A stretch of DNA of 64,000 nt from an uncultured Alphaproteobacteria bacterium (lineage in GTDB: Bacteria > Pseudomonadota > Alphaproteobacteria > RF32 > CAG-239): the NCBI GenBank assembly GCA_944390915.1, contig CALXRS010000005.1, positions 7,663-71,662 of the forward strand. Direction: 5' to 3'. The notes under the pieces were generated by a model that saw only the letters and a list, made by a program, of their open reading frames with translations, made no database searches and was not told the origin of the DNA. This document shows, one piece after another, positions 26,521 to 36,715 of this stretch (within the stretch, counting starts at the first letter, position 1; each line of letters starts with the position of its first letter). A program made the position numbers and the translations under genes.

Positions 26521-27654
26521 ATGGATTGCGGCTTGTGCGGCGGATGCTCTCTGCGGCATCTTGATGAAGAAAGTTACCGGAGGCAAAAAACCTTGCTGGT
26601 AAAAAAAACGCTGCAATCCATTACCCGGCAGAATTTTCTTTTTTCCGAACCTGTCTTTGTTGCCGATGGTTGCCGCCGGCGGGCAAGTTTTGCCTTTCGC
26701 CGGCAAAAGGGACAAACGACGTTTGGCTTTAACGCTTTTCACAGTGATAAAATCGTAGATCTGGACGTTTGTCCGCAGCTGACACCGGGCATCAACCGCG
26801 CGTTGCCGCTGTTGCGTTCCCTGCTGGAAGATTTGTGCCGCTCGCCGATGACGATAAGGGAAAAACGCAAAATCCGAACATGTTACATCGACAAAGGCGA
26901 CCTTTGGGTAACCGAAGCCGACAACGGGCTCGACGTGGTGCTGGAATATGCTTTGCCGCCCGATCTGGCGCAGCGGGAAATTATTTTTGAACATCTGCAT
27001 GCCGCCGAAAACGTTATCCGTGTTTCTCATCGTCCGTCGGCAACCGCGGCGGCGGAAACAATCATCGAAAAAACGCCGCCGTTTATCAAAGCCGGCAGTC
27101 GTGTCATTCATATTCCGCCGGCGGCATTTTTGCAGCCCTCGCGCGAAGGACAGGAGGCGTTAACCGCTTTGGTGCGGAAATATGTCGGCACCAAAGCGGA
27201 GAACGTCGCCGATTTGTTTTGCGGCTGCGGCACGTTTTCGTTTCCGCTGGCGGAAACCGCGGGGAGAAAGGTTTTTGCCGTCGATTCGGCCGTGCCGCTT
27301 CTGTCGGCGCTGCAAAAATCGGCCGACCGGCAAATGGTTGCCAATGTGGAAAGCGCTGTTCGCAATTTGTTTAAGCAGCCGCTGACGGCGGCGGAACTCA
27401 AAAAATTTTCGACCGTAGTGCTCGATCCGCCGCGCGCCGGCGCCAAAGAGCAGGTGCGGACGTTGGCGGCGGCTCCCGCGGGCGGGCGCCCGTCGCGGGC
27501 GGTTGTTGTTTCCTGCAATCCGGCAAGCTTCGTCCGCGATGCAAATATTTTGCAGGACGGCGGTTATGTTTTGCGCGAAGTAACGATGGTCGATCAGTTT
27601 GTGCGCACACCGCATGCCGAGCTTGTCGCCCTGTTTGCGGAAGATGTTCAATAA
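26521..27654 (+). CDS. class I SAM-dependent RNA (uracil-5) methyltransferase, RumA/TrmA-like
   Basis: Fe-S Cys cluster CGLCGGCSLRHL, SAM motif DLFCGCGTFS, and C-terminal DPPRAG. ATG at 26521 with GGGGGA upstream. Confidence 0.8.
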   Translation: MDCGLCGGCSLRHLDEESYRRQKTLLVKKTLQSITRQNFLFSEPVFVADGCRRRASFAFRRQKGQTTFGFNAFHSDKIVDLDVCPQLTPGINRALPLLRSLLEDLCRSPMTIREKRKIRTCYIDKGDLWVTEADNGLDVVLEYALPPDLAQREIIFEHLHAAENVIRVSHRPSATAAAETIIEKTPPFIKAGSRVIHIPPAAFLQPSREGQEALTALVRKYVGTKAENVADLFCGCGTFSFPLAETAGRKVFAVDSAVPLLSALQKSADRQMVANVESAVRNLFKQPLTAAELKKFSTVVLDPPRAGAKEQVRTLAAAPAGGRPSRAVVVSCNPASFVRDANILQDGGYVLREVTMVDQFVRTPHAELVALFAEDVQ

Positions 27655-27666
27655 CTAAACAGGTTA

Positions 27667-27695
27667 TTTACAAATAACGCATATTTCTTTATAGT
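27667..27695 (+). promoter_or_regulatory. promoter TTTACA-17-TATAGT overlapped by the 7-2-7 palindrome GTTATTTacAAATAAC (27663-27678)
   Basis: It sits about 37 nt upstream of the lipoprotein-tkt operon start (27732). Confidence 0.4.
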
Positions 27696-27731
27696 CGCCT
27701 TATTACGAAATCAGCAACAAAGGAAAATCCG

Positions 27732-28238
27732 ATGTCAAAAAAAGTTTTTTTGCTGGCGGCGATGATGGCTTTGGCCTCCTGTTCCACGGGAGATGAACCC
27801 TTTGTCCGCCATTGTCCGAACGTGCAGATTGTGCCCGAGTTCAGCCGTCTGACGCTGATGGCCGGCAAAGTTCCCGAAGCCCGGGTTGAACTTATCGGCT
27901 ACGAAGGCTATTGCCGCACCGGTCCGCGCGGCGAAACATTGGCCGTCGTGGCGCCGATTTTTGAAGTTTCGCGATTGGTGAAAAAATCCGATAAGGTTGT
28001 CCGCTTCCGCTACTATACCGATACCGGCTCGGGGCGGGAAGTTATCGGCAAAAAGGCCTATTCGGCCAGTGTGCCGGCAGTCGAAATCGGCAAAAAAATC
28101 ATGCATCAGGGCGATTATGCGGAAGTGCGCATTCCCGCCGGTCGTCCGGGCTATCCGATAAAAATGGGGCTGGTTCTGAGCAATGCCGAATACCGTTATA
28201 ACCGTACGCACAATTGGCAAATGGGAGGAATGAGATGA
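27732..28238 (+). CDS. lipoprotein, function unknown
   Basis: Lipobox LASCST. 168 aa. The stop overlaps the tkt start (ATGATGA). Confidence 0.7.
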   Translation: MSKKVFLLAAMMALASCSTGDEPFVRHCPNVQIVPEFSRLTLMAGKVPEARVELIGYEGYCRTGPRGETLAVVAPIFEVSRLVKKSDKVVRFRYYTDTGSGREVIGKKAYSASVPAVEIGKKIMHQGDYAEVRIPAGRPGYPIKMGLVLSNAEYRYNRTHNWQMGGMR

Positions 28239-30214
28239 TGACCGAAGACAACCGACTTGCAACCCGCATGGCCGACGCGATTCGTTTTTTGGCGGCCGAC
28301 GCCATCAACCGATCCAAATCCGGCCACCCCGGCATGCCGCTCGGCATGGCGGACGTTGCCACCGTTTTGTTTACGCGTTTTTTGAAATATAATCCGGAAG
28401 ATCCGTGCTGGTTTGACCGCGATCGTTTTGTGCTTTCCGCCGGGCACGGCTCCATGTTGCTCTATTCGCTGCTTTACCTGACGGGCTACAAAGATATTTC
28501 CCTTGACGATATTAAAAATTTCCGCCAGCTCGGCGCCAAAACGGCCGGACATCCGGAATATGGTCACCTGGCCGGGGTGGAAATGACTACCGGTCCGCTG
28601 GGACAGGGGATTGCCTCGGCCGTCGGTATGGCCATGGCGGAAAGGCATTTGAACGCCCGTTTCGGCGACGATCTGTGCAATCATTACACTTATGTCATTG
28701 CCGGCGACGGCTGCCTGATGGAGGGCATTTCCGAAGAGGCGATTTCTTTGGCCGGCCACTGGCGGCTCAACAAACTGATTGTTTTGTGGGACGACAACAA
28801 CATTACCATTGACGGCACGGTGGACAAAGCCAGTTCGGTGGATCAGAGCAAACGTTTTGAGGCTGCCGGCTGGCGTGTTTTGCATGTCGACGGGCATGAT
28901 CGGGAAGCCGTGGCCGCCGCGCTCGCGGAAGCGCAGAGATCGGATCGGCCGGTTCTGATTGCCTGCAAAACGGTTATCGGCCGCGGGGCGCCGTCCAAAG
29001 AAGGCACCAGTTCCTGCCACGGTTCGCCGCTCGGGGAAGAAGAGCGGGCGGCCATGGCCGAAAGGTTGAATTGGCCGTATGCGGCGTTTGAGGTTCCCGC
29101 CGATGTTTTGGCTGCCTGGCGCGCCGCCGGTCGCCGTTCGCAGGCCGAATACGAAGCCTGGTGCCGCCGCGCCGCGTCCGCCGGTGAAAAATTTGCCGAC
29201 GCCGTTTGCGGCAAATTGCCGAAAAATTGGGACAAGGCTTTGAATGTGCTGAAAAACACGGCTATTAAAGAACAGACCAAAGCAGCCACCCGCAAAGCCT
29301 CGCAAATGTGTCTGGAACAGATTGTGCCGCATCTGCCTGCCGTTATCGGCGGTTCCGCCGATCTGGCCGCTTCCAACCTCACGTTTGTCAAAGGCATGAA
29401 GACCATCACCGCCGACGACTATTCGGGCAACAATCTGATGTACGGCATCCGCGAACATGCCATGGGAGCGATTATGAACGGTTTGGCGCTCCATGGCGGC
29501 GTGATTCCGTACGGCGGCACGTTTTTTGTGTTTTCCGACTATGTGCGGCCGTCGATTCGTTTGGCAGCGCTGATGGGCATCCGCGTCATCTATGTCCTCA
29601 CGCACGATTCGATAGGCGTGGGCGAAGACGGACCGACCCACCAGCCGGTTGAGCATTTGGCTTCTTTCCGCGCCATGCCCGGGGTGCTGATGTTCCGTCC
29701 CTGCGATGTGGTGGAAACGGCCGAAGCCTGGCAAATTGCCCTGACGACGGAAAATATGCCGAGCCTGTTGGCTCTCAGCCGCCAAAATCTGCCGCTGCTG
29801 CGTGTTTCCGCGCGGCAAAATCTGACGGCCAGAGGCGGCTATGTGATTTCCGATGCGGCCAAAGGCCGCCGCCGTCAGGCCACGATTATCGCCACCGGTT
29901 CGGAAGTGTCGCTGGCGGTGGAAGCGCAGACCATGTTGCGGGCGGAGGGAATAGAAACGGCGGTTGTTTCCATGCCCTGCACCGAGTTGTTTGACCGCCA
30001 GGACGAAAAATACCGCCGTCGGGTGCTTGGCCGGGCGCCGCGGATCGTCGTTGAGGCCGCCGCCAAATTCGGCTGGGAAAAATATCTCGGCGGCAAAGGA
30101 GAGATTATCGGCATGGACGGTTTCGGCGCGTCCGGACCGGCGGGCGAGCTCTATCGGCATTTCGGCATTACGGCCGAAGCGGTGGCGGCAGCGGTTAAAA
30201 AATATTGTCGATAA
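28235..30214 (+). CDS. tkt: transketolase
   Basis: SGHPGMPLGMADVA and GDGCLMEGIS (TPP-binding) motifs. GGGAGGA lies 6 nt upstream of the ATG at 28235. Confidence 0.96.
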   Translation: MMTEDNRLATRMADAIRFLAADAINRSKSGHPGMPLGMADVATVLFTRFLKYNPEDPCWFDRDRFVLSAGHGSMLLYSLLYLTGYKDISLDDIKNFRQLGAKTAGHPEYGHLAGVEMTTGPLGQGIASAVGMAMAERHLNARFGDDLCNHYTYVIAGDGCLMEGISEEAISLAGHWRLNKLIVLWDDNNITIDGTVDKASSVDQSKRFEAAGWRVLHVDGHDREAVAAALAEAQRSDRPVLIACKTVIGRGAPSKEGTSSCHGSPLGEEERAAMAERLNWPYAAFEVPADVLAAWRAAGRRSQAEYEAWCRRAASAGEKFADAVCGKLPKNWDKALNVLKNTAIKEQTKAATRKASQMCLEQIVPHLPAVIGGSADLAASNLTFVKGMKTITADDYSGNNLMYGIREHAMGAIMNGLALHGGVIPYGGTFFVFSDYVRPSIRLAALMGIRVIYVLTHDSIGVGEDGPTHQPVEHLASFRAMPGVLMFRPCDVVETAEAWQIALTTENMPSLLALSRQNLPLLRVSARQNLTARGGYVISDAAKGRRRQATIIATGSEVSLAVEAQTMLRAEGIETAVVSMPCTELFDRQDEKYRRRVLGRAPRIVVEAAAKFGWEKYLGGKGEIIGMDGFGASGPAGELYRHFGITAEAVAAAVKKYCR

Positions 30215-30219
30215 GAAGG

Positions 30220-30245
30220 GAAGGGGCTTTTGCCCCTTTTCTTTA
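30220..30245 (+). terminator. terminator after tkt
   Basis: AGGGGC-TTTT-GCCCCT followed by a T-run. Confidence 0.6.
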
Positions 30246-30283
30246 ATTTTACGGGAAGAATATCCCCCGGCGGCAGAAAAAAC

Positions 30284-30311
30284 TTGCAAAAAAGCGGCGC
30301 CCGACTATACT
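30284..30311 (+). promoter_or_regulatory. promoter TTGCAA-16-TATACT for fba
   Basis: The -10 element ends 50 nt upstream of the ATG at 30361. Confidence 0.45.
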
Positions 30312-30360
30312 TTGATAAAAATTTTAAGGTTTAACCAAATTTTATTTTAAGGAGAAAATC

Positions 30361-31410
30361 ATGCCTTTAGTAACAATGCGTCAGATTTTGGACCACGCGG
30401 CGGAAAACAGCTACGGCGTTCCGGCTTTCAACATCAACGACATGGAACAGGTTATCGCCGTGTTGCAGGCGGCCAGAAAAGTCAACGCGCCGGTAATTTT
30501 GCAAACTTCGACCGGTGCCCGCAAATTTGCCGGTGATCCGATGATTCGCCATATGGTTGCCGCCGGTATCGAGATGTTCCCCGAACTGCCGATCTGCATC
30601 CATCAGGATCACGGTTCTTCGGTAGACATCTGCCAGTCGGCGATTGTGAACGGTTATTCTTCGGTGATGATGGACGGCTCTCTGGAGGCCGACGGCAAAA
30701 CCCCGTCCTCTTTCGAATACAATGTCCGCGTAACCAAAGAAGTGGTGGCCCGCGCTCATGCCGTCGGCGCCTCCGTGGAAGGCGAACTGGGGGTTATCGG
30801 CTCGCTTGAAACCGGCAAAGGCGACAAAGAAGACGGCCACGGCGCCGAAGGCGTGATTGATAAAAAGCGTTTGGTAACCGATCCGGACGAGGCCGCCCGT
30901 TTTGTTGAAGAAACGCATTTGGACGCTTTGGCGGTTGCGGTCGGCACCTCGCATGGCGCCTACAAATTTACCCGCAAACCGACGGGCGATATTTTGGCCA
31001 TCGACGTGATTGAAAAAATCCATGCCAAACTGCCGAACACGCATATGGTGATGCACGGTTCTTCTTCCGTTCCGCAAGAGCTGCAGGACTTAATCAACGC
31101 CTATGGCGGCGCCATTCCGCAAACGTTCGGCGTGCCGGTGGAAGAAATTGTTCGCGGCATCAGGTCCGGCGTGCGCAAAGTGAACGTTGATACCGACTGC
31201 CGTATGGCCATTACCGGCGCCATCCGCAAACTGTTTGCCGAAAACCCGAAAGAATTTGATCCGCGCAAATATTTGAAACCGGCGATTGAGGAAATGCAGA
31301 AAGTTTGCGAAGCCCGTTACGTTGCTTTCGGCGCGGCGGGACATGCCGACAAAATCAAAGTCATCCCGATGTCTGAGATGGCTAAAAAATATGCCGCGGG
31401 GCAGCTCTGA
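30361..31410 (+). CDS. fba: class II fructose-bisphosphate aldolase (CbbA/Calvin-cycle subtype)
   Basis: VPAFNIN, IHQDHG, GELG and MHGSSS motifs. 349 aa. Confidence 0.94.
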   Translation: MPLVTMRQILDHAAENSYGVPAFNINDMEQVIAVLQAARKVNAPVILQTSTGARKFAGDPMIRHMVAAGIEMFPELPICIHQDHGSSVDICQSAIVNGYSSVMMDGSLEADGKTPSSFEYNVRVTKEVVARAHAVGASVEGELGVIGSLETGKGDKEDGHGAEGVIDKKRLVTDPDEAARFVEETHLDALAVAVGTSHGAYKFTRKPTGDILAIDVIEKIHAKLPNTHMVMHGSSSVPQELQDLINAYGGAIPQTFGVPVEEIVRGIRSGVRKVNVDTDCRMAITGAIRKLFAENPKEFDPRKYLKPAIEEMQKVCEARYVAFGAAGHADKIKVIPMSEMAKKYAAGQL

Positions 31411-31431
31411 TCGGCTTTTCCGCGCGACCGC

Positions 31432-31470
31432 AAAACTCCCCCGTTTTGAAAGAAACGGGGGAGTTTATGT
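31432..31470 (+). terminator. terminator after fba
   Basis: AAACTCCCCCGTTT/AAACGGGGGAGTTT, a 14-bp stem. Confidence 0.75.
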
Positions 31471-31649
31471 TTGAAAGAATTTGAAAAAAAGGGAATTTAT
31501 GTATGCCGTCGGTTTTTTGGGATAACGGATGTAAAACTTCATGAAGTCGATGTTTGTATCTTTGGTTACGCGGCTTAAAATTGTCATTTTTTATTATCCT
31601 TAAATTTTTTTCCGTGCTATAAGGCAAAAAAAGAAAGGCCGAAATCACA

Positions 31650-33236
31650 ATGCTTGTTATCAGCAATTTCAAGCGGCCGCTGGCGGAAAACGAAGAGCTT
31701 TTGCCGGCAAGGCTTGCCGATTATCTCAAAACCCCCGTCGGGGATGTCCGAATCCTGAAAAAAGCGGTGGACGCCCGCAGCCGCACGCAGGTTTGGCTGG
31801 TGTATACGCTTGCTTTCGCCGTTGCCGACGAACAGGCTCTGCTTGCGCGCGCCCTGCCGTTTGTGGCGCCGTATACGCCGTTGCCGGAACTGTTGTTGCC
31901 GAAAGTAAGCAACATGCCGCGGCCGTTGGTGGTCGGCAGCGGCCCGGCGGGAATGTTCGCGGCGTTGGTGTTGGCGCGTGCCGGCGCCCGGCCGATTGTG
32001 CTGGAACGCGGCCGGCCGGTTGAAAAACGGCAGCGCGATGTGGAAAGTTTCTGGCGAGGCGGGCGGCTCAATCCCGAATCGAACGTGCAGTTCGGCGAAG
32101 GCGGCGCCGGCACGTTTTCCGACGGCAAACTGATGACGGGTATAAAAAAAGACGCCGCGACCGCCATGGTTTTTAACGAATTTGTCAAGGCCGGCGCGCC
32201 GGCAGAGATTTTGTGGCTGGCCAAGCCTCATCTCGGTACGGACAAGCTGGTGGACATTGTCCGCAACATCCGGACGGAAATCGTTTCTCTCGGCGGTGAG
32301 TATCGTTTTGAAAACAGGTTGGACGATTTGCTGGCAATCGACGGCCGTCTGCGCGCCATCAAGGTTCTTAATGCCGGCAACGGGGTTTATGAAGAACCGG
32401 TCGCCGACGTTGTTCTCGCTTTGGGGCACAGCGCGCGCGATACTTTTGAAATGCTTTACCGCCGCGGGGTGCCACTGATGCCGAAAGCTTTTTCCGTCGG
32501 CGTGCGCATTGAGCATCCGCAAAGCCTGATAGATCGCGCGGTCTATCACGATTTTGCCAGTCATCCGCGGCTTGGCGCCGCCGACTATAAGTTGGCGGTA
32601 CATCTGCCGAACGGACGTTCGGCCTACAGTTTTTGCATGTGTCCGGGCGGTGTGGTGGTGCCGGCCGCCTCGGAAGAGGGGCGGGTGGTAACCAACGGCA
32701 TGAGCTGTTATGCCCGCGACGGAGGCAATGCCAACGCGGCGTTGCTGGTGGGGGCGGAGCCGGCGGATTTCGGCGGCAGCCATCCGCTGCAGGGCATGTA
32801 TTGGCAGCGGGAGCTGGAAGAAAAAGCTTTTGTTGCCGGCGGTAGAAATTATGCCGCGCCGGCGCAAAGGGTGGAAGATTTTCTGCAAAACCGTCCGTCG
32901 ATAAAGGCCGGCGAAGTTGTTCCGAGCTATGCCCGAGGCGTGGCCTGGGACAATCTGTCCGTCGTGTTGCCGTCGTTTGCGGTCGATACACTGCGGCTGG
33001 CGTTGGCGGAAATGGATAAGAAACTGCACGGTTTTAATTTTCCCGACGCCGTTTTGACGGGGACGGAAACACGCAGCTCATCGCCGATTCGCCTGTTGCG
33101 GGGCGAAGATATGCAAAGTCCGCTTGCCGGGCTCTATCCGGCGGGCGAGGGTGCGGGCTATGCCGGCGGTATTGTTTCCGCCGCGGCCGACGGTATTCGT
33201 TCGGCGCTGGCCGTTTTGCAAAAATATGCCGGCTGA
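31650..33236 (+). CDS. FAD-dependent oxidoreductase (COG2509-like)
   Basis: Dinucleotide fold VVGSGPAGMFAALVLARAG, and C-terminal GLYPAGEGAGYAGGI. Confidence 0.8.
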   Translation: MLVISNFKRPLAENEELLPARLADYLKTPVGDVRILKKAVDARSRTQVWLVYTLAFAVADEQALLARALPFVAPYTPLPELLLPKVSNMPRPLVVGSGPAGMFAALVLARAGARPIVLERGRPVEKRQRDVESFWRGGRLNPESNVQFGEGGAGTFSDGKLMTGIKKDAATAMVFNEFVKAGAPAEILWLAKPHLGTDKLVDIVRNIRTEIVSLGGEYRFENRLDDLLAIDGRLRAIKVLNAGNGVYEEPVADVVLALGHSARDTFEMLYRRGVPLMPKAFSVGVRIEHPQSLIDRAVYHDFASHPRLGAADYKLAVHLPNGRSAYSFCMCPGGVVVPAASEEGRVVTNGMSCYARDGGNANAALLVGAEPADFGGSHPLQGMYWQRELEEKAFVAGGRNYAAPAQRVEDFLQNRPSIKAGEVVPSYARGVAWDNLSVVLPSFAVDTLRLALAEMDKKLHGFNFPDAVLTGTETRSSSPIRLLRGEDMQSPLAGLYPAGEGAGYAGGIVSAAADGIRSALAVLQKYAG

Positions 33237-33277
33237 AAAGGTTTGAACGGACGGATAAAACGGAAAAACAAAAGAAA

Positions 33278-33306
33278 AAGGCGGCAGGTTTTGCCGCCTT
33301 CCCTTT
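33278..33306 (+). terminator. terminator after the FAD oxidoreductase gene
   Basis: AAGGCGGCA/TGCCGCCTT hairpin. Confidence 0.6.
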
Positions 33307-33447
33307 AGTCCCTAAAACTTTAGTTATTTGGAGTGCCTGATTTGTTTAGGGATAAAATGTTATTGTTTCTTATTTTTGTCCTATTTTGACATTTTTTGCT
33401 TTATTTGTCAAATAATAAATCCGCACTCCCGTTGCAGAAAAGTTTTG

Positions 33448-33966
33448 TCATTTGTTATCTTTATGTTTTTCCCGACAAATTTTTTCGTGCTCAATATCGG
33501 CCAGAAAATCTTCCAGCTCCTGCTCGTGCTCGAGTTCGTCGTGGAGAATTTTGCGGGCGATTTCGAAAGTTTCGTAGTCTTTGCCGTGGCAGAGGTCGCA
33601 AATTTGCCGGTAGCGATGCACGGCGCAGCGTTCGGAGGCAAGATTTTGCTCCAGCAGAGCGACGGTGCAGGGGTTTTGGGGCGGCAGATAACGGCAGCCG
33701 GCGTGTTTTTCCCAGTCGGCCGGCGAGATAAGCGGCGTGCCCTGCAGTTGGATAATCCTTGCCGCGAGCATTTCGGCATGTTCCAGTTCTTCGTCGGCAT
33801 GTTCGGCAAATTCGGCCTCGACGGCGGTGCGCATCGCTCCCGTCGCCAATTTGGCGCCGAGCCAATATTGATAGTAAGCCAGCCATTCTTCGGCATAAGC
33901 TTCGTTTAACAGTTCAAGCAGCTTATTATAATCAAGTTCACAGATTTCAACGGCGGTTTTTCCCAT
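33448..33966 (-). CDS. ferritin-like di-iron protein (Dps-like/bacterioferritin-related), Cys-rich
   Basis: EEWLAYYQYW, EELEHAEMLAARI and DELEHEQELEDFL ferritin-like ligand helices. ATG at 33966. Confidence 0.8.
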   Translation of the reverse strand: MGKTAVEICELDYNKLLELLNEAYAEEWLAYYQYWLGAKLATGAMRTAVEAEFAEHADEELEHAEMLAARIIQLQGTPLISPADWEKHAGCRYLPPQNPCTVALLEQNLASERCAVHRYRQICDLCHGKDYETFEIARKILHDELEHEQELEDFLADIEHEKICREKHKDNK

Positions 33967-34096
33967 TTTGTTTCTCCTTAAATTGATAAAAAACAATCGG
34001 TCTTCGCAGGATAGATAATTGCCGTTAAAGAAAAATCAACCAGTCGGCGGTTATAATCGGCGGCATAAAAGCACAACAGCATGAAGGAAACAGACA

Positions 34097-34732
34097 ATGG
34101 TTTTGATAGCTCCGAGCCTGCTTGCCGCCGATTTCGGGCGGCTGGCGCTGGAGGCGGCGGCGGTGGCAGATGCCGGCGCCGACTGGCTGCATCTGGATAT
34201 TATGGACGGGCATTATGTGCCCAACCTGACTTTCGGGCCGGCGGCGGTAAAATGCCTGCGGCGGGAAAGCAAACTGTTTTTTGACGTCCATCTGATGGTG
34301 GACAATCCCGACCGGATGGTGCCGTGGTTTGCCGAGGCAGGGGCGGATCTCATCACCGTACATGCCGAGACCTGTGCGCATCTTGATCGCACGTTGCAAA
34401 GCATCCGCGCGCTTGGCAAAAAAGCCGGCGTGTCGCTTAATCCGGCGACACCCGAAAGCGTGTTGGAATATGTTAAAGACAAACTTGACCTGGTGCTGGT
34501 GATGACGGTGAATCCCGGCTTCGGCGGGCAGAAATTTATTCCCTCACAACTGGAAAAAATAAGCAAAATCAAAAAAATGTTTGCCGACAGAGAGGTTTTT
34601 GTCGAGGTTGACGGCGGCATTACCCCGGAAACGGCGCCGCTGTGCCAAGAAGCCGGCGCCGACGTGCTGGTGGCGGGCAGCGCCGTCTTTGGCGGCGGCA
34701 ATTATGTTGCAAATATTGCCGCCTTGCGCTAA
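34097..34732 (+). CDS. rpe: ribulose-phosphate 3-epimerase
   Basis: IAPSLLAADF, HLDIMDGHYVPN and MTVNPGFGGQKF motifs. Confidence 0.95.
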   Translation: MVLIAPSLLAADFGRLALEAAAVADAGADWLHLDIMDGHYVPNLTFGPAAVKCLRRESKLFFDVHLMVDNPDRMVPWFAEAGADLITVHAETCAHLDRTLQSIRALGKKAGVSLNPATPESVLEYVKDKLDLVLVMTVNPGFGGQKFIPSQLEKISKIKKMFADREVFVEVDGGITPETAPLCQEAGADVLVAGSAVFGGGNYVANIAALR

Positions 34733-34766
34733 AATTTATGAAAACGGAAAACGGAGGAAAAACGGC

Positions 34767-35480
34767 ATGGCTCTGGTATTGGTGGTGGAAGACGAAGAAG
34801 CTTTGGCTTTGCTCTTGAAATACAACCTTGAAAAAGAGGGTTTTGAAGTGGCGTTGGAGTCTTCGGGCAACAAGGCTTTGGCGGCGGTGGAAAAATATTG
34901 TCCGTCGGTTATTTTGCTCGACTGGATGCTGCCCGAGCTTTCGGGAGTGGAAATCTGTAAAATGATACGCAACAAACCGGACATTAAAGACATTCCGATT
35001 ATCATGCTGACCGCCAAAGGCGAAGAGGAAGACAAAATCAAAGGCCTGTCGGCCGGTGCGGACGACTATGTGACCAAGCCTTTTTCGGTGCCGGAATTAA
35101 TGGCCAGGGTAAAGACCAACCTGCGCCGCGCGCCCGAACTGCTGCCGCAAAAAGAACTGGTGTTTGAAGATATCCGGATGGATCTGGCGGAGAAAAAAGT
35201 TTTTCGCGGCGACAAATATATTCACCTGGGGCCGACCGAGTTCCGTCTGTTGAAAATGTTGATGGAAACGCCGGGCAAGGTTTTCTCGCGCGAGTTTTTG
35301 CTCAAAAACGTGTGGGGCAACAATATTTATGTGGAATCGCGCACCGTCGACGTGCATATCCGCCGGCTGCGCAAATCGCTTAACGAATACGGCCCCGACT
35401 ATATCCGCACGGTGCGGGCGACGGGGTATGCCATCGACAACCATGCCCATGTCGACGGGGCGGAAGAAAGCGAAAAATAA
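34767..35480 (+). CDS. OmpR/PhoB-family response regulator
   Basis: A receiver domain (VLVVEDEE...ILLDWMLP...LTAK) plus a winged-helix domain (VDVHIRRLRK). No adjacent histidine kinase. Confidence 0.88.
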   Translation: MALVLVVEDEEALALLLKYNLEKEGFEVALESSGNKALAAVEKYCPSVILLDWMLPELSGVEICKMIRNKPDIKDIPIIMLTAKGEEEDKIKGLSAGADDYVTKPFSVPELMARVKTNLRRAPELLPQKELVFEDIRMDLAEKKVFRGDKYIHLGPTEFRLLKMLMETPGKVFSREFLLKNVWGNNIYVESRTVDVHIRRLRKSLNEYGPDYIRTVRATGYAIDNHAHVDGAEESEK

Positions 35481-35588
35481 ATTTTCCCGTGTTTTTGCGG
35501 CGTTGTGCGCCGGATAACGAAAGCCCTTGCGCCGAGCAAGGTTTTGCGGCATGATAGACGGCAAAGTTTATGATGAGGAAAATAAAAA

Positions 35589-36713
35589 ATGAGCCTGAAA
35601 TTCGAACTTCTCGCACAAGACGGAAAAGCCCGCCGCGGTCGGCTTTATACCAGGCACGGCGTTGTCAACACGCCGGCGTTCATGCCGGTCGGCACCTGCG
35701 CCACGGTCAAGGCCATGATGCCGGAATCGGTGGCGGCAACGGGGGCGGAGATTTTGCTCGGCAATACCTACCATCTGATGCTGCGCCCCGGCGCCGATCT
35801 GGTGGAAAAAATGGGCGGATTGCACAAATTTATGAATTGGCCAAAGCCGATTTTGACCGATTCCGGCGGTTTTCAGGTGATGAGTCTGACCGGCCTGCGC
35901 CGCCTGAGCGAAGAGGGGGTCGAGTTCAGCTCGCACGTGGACGGCAAAAAATATTTTCTTTCGCCCGAAGAATCGATGAAAATTCAGCACAAACTTGATT
36001 CCAACATCACCATGTGTCTGGACGAATGCGTCAAACTGCCGGCGCCCTACGATACGGTTAAAAAATCGGTGGAAATGTCCATGCGCTGGGCAAAAAGAAG
36101 CAAAGATGCTTTTGTCGACCGTGACGGATACGGCATATTCGGTATTCAACAGGGCGGAGATTATCGCGATTTGCGCGCTTTTTCGGCGGAAAAACTGAAA
36201 GAAATCGGTTTTGACGGCTACGCTATCGGCGGGTTGGCCGTCGGCGAGGGGCAGGAAAAAATGTTTGAGGTGCTGGATTATGCGCCCGGCATGCTGCCGG
36301 AAGACAAACCCCGCTATCTGATGGGTGTGGGACGACCGGACGATATTGTCGGCGCGGTTTTAAGAGGCGTGGATATGTTCGATTGCGTGATGCCGACGCG
36401 CTCCGGCCGCACGGCGCAGGCCTTTACCCGTTTCGGGACAATCAATATCCGCAACGCCCGCCATCGGGAAGATCCCAGGCCTTTGGAAGAAGGTTGCGAC
36501 TGTCCGCTGTGCACGCATTACAGCCGCGCTTATCTGCACCATCTGCAAAAAGCAAACGAAATTTTGGCGGTGATGTTGCTTACCTGGCACAACATCCGTT
36601 ATTATCAGCGGTTGACGGCCGGCTTGCGGCAGGCGATAGAAAACGGCAAACTGGCGGAATTTGCCGCGGATTTTTATACCTGTCTGAACAGGGGCGATAT
36701 AGAGGAGATGTGA
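35589..36713 (+). CDS. tgt: tRNA-guanine transglycosylase (queuine tRNA-ribosyltransferase)
   Basis: [28 protein letters not shown] and the zinc site CDCPLC...H. Confidence 0.95.
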   Translation: MSLKFELLAQDGKARRGRLYTRHGVVNTPAFMPVGTCATVKAMMPESVAATGAEILLGNTYHLMLRPGADLVEKMGGLHKFMNWPKPILTDSGGFQVMSLTGLRRLSEEGVEFSSHVDGKKYFLSPEESMKIQHKLDSNITMCLDECVKLPAPYDTVKKSVEMSMRWAKRSKDAFVDRDGYGIFGIQQGGDYRDLRAFSAEKLKEIGFDGYAIGGLAVGEGQEKMFEVLDYAPGMLPEDKPRYLMGVGRPDDIVGAVLRGVDMFDCVMPTRSGRTAQAFTRFGTINIRNARHREDPRPLEEGCDCPLCTHYSRAYLHHLQKANEILAVMLLTWHNIRYYQRLTAGLRQAIENGKLAEFAADFYTCLNRGDIEEM

Positions 36714-36715
36714 GC

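Noticed and set aside
28196-30289. A 697-aa minus-strand ORF, plus similar long ORFs at 31617-33029(-), 50079-51527(-), 54749-56221(+), 60213-61364(-), 38182-39240(-), 20716-21690(-), 1177-2307(+), 417-1190(+) and 10236-11156(-).
   Set aside because: Each lies antisense to a gene with unmistakable conserved motifs (tkt, FAD oxidoreductase, batA/B, ABC exporters, comEC, flavin reductase, murI, hslV/U, sucC). Their translations are R/G/P/A-rich with no motifs, which is typical of shadow ORFs in GC-rich coding DNA.
33330-33447. AT-rich 120-bp tract with the inverted repeat TTTGACA...TGTCAAA between convergent genes, considered as an sRNA or mobile-element end.
   Set aside because: It has no convincing promoter/terminator pair, no second copy in the window and no adjacent transposase. 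It is most simply a convergent-terminator/AT-rich spacer.
33967-34096. Fur/PerR box upstream of the ferritin-like gene (GATAGATAATTGCC).
   Set aside because: It gives only a partial, one-sided match to the GATAATGATAATCATTATC consensus, with no dyad symmetry.
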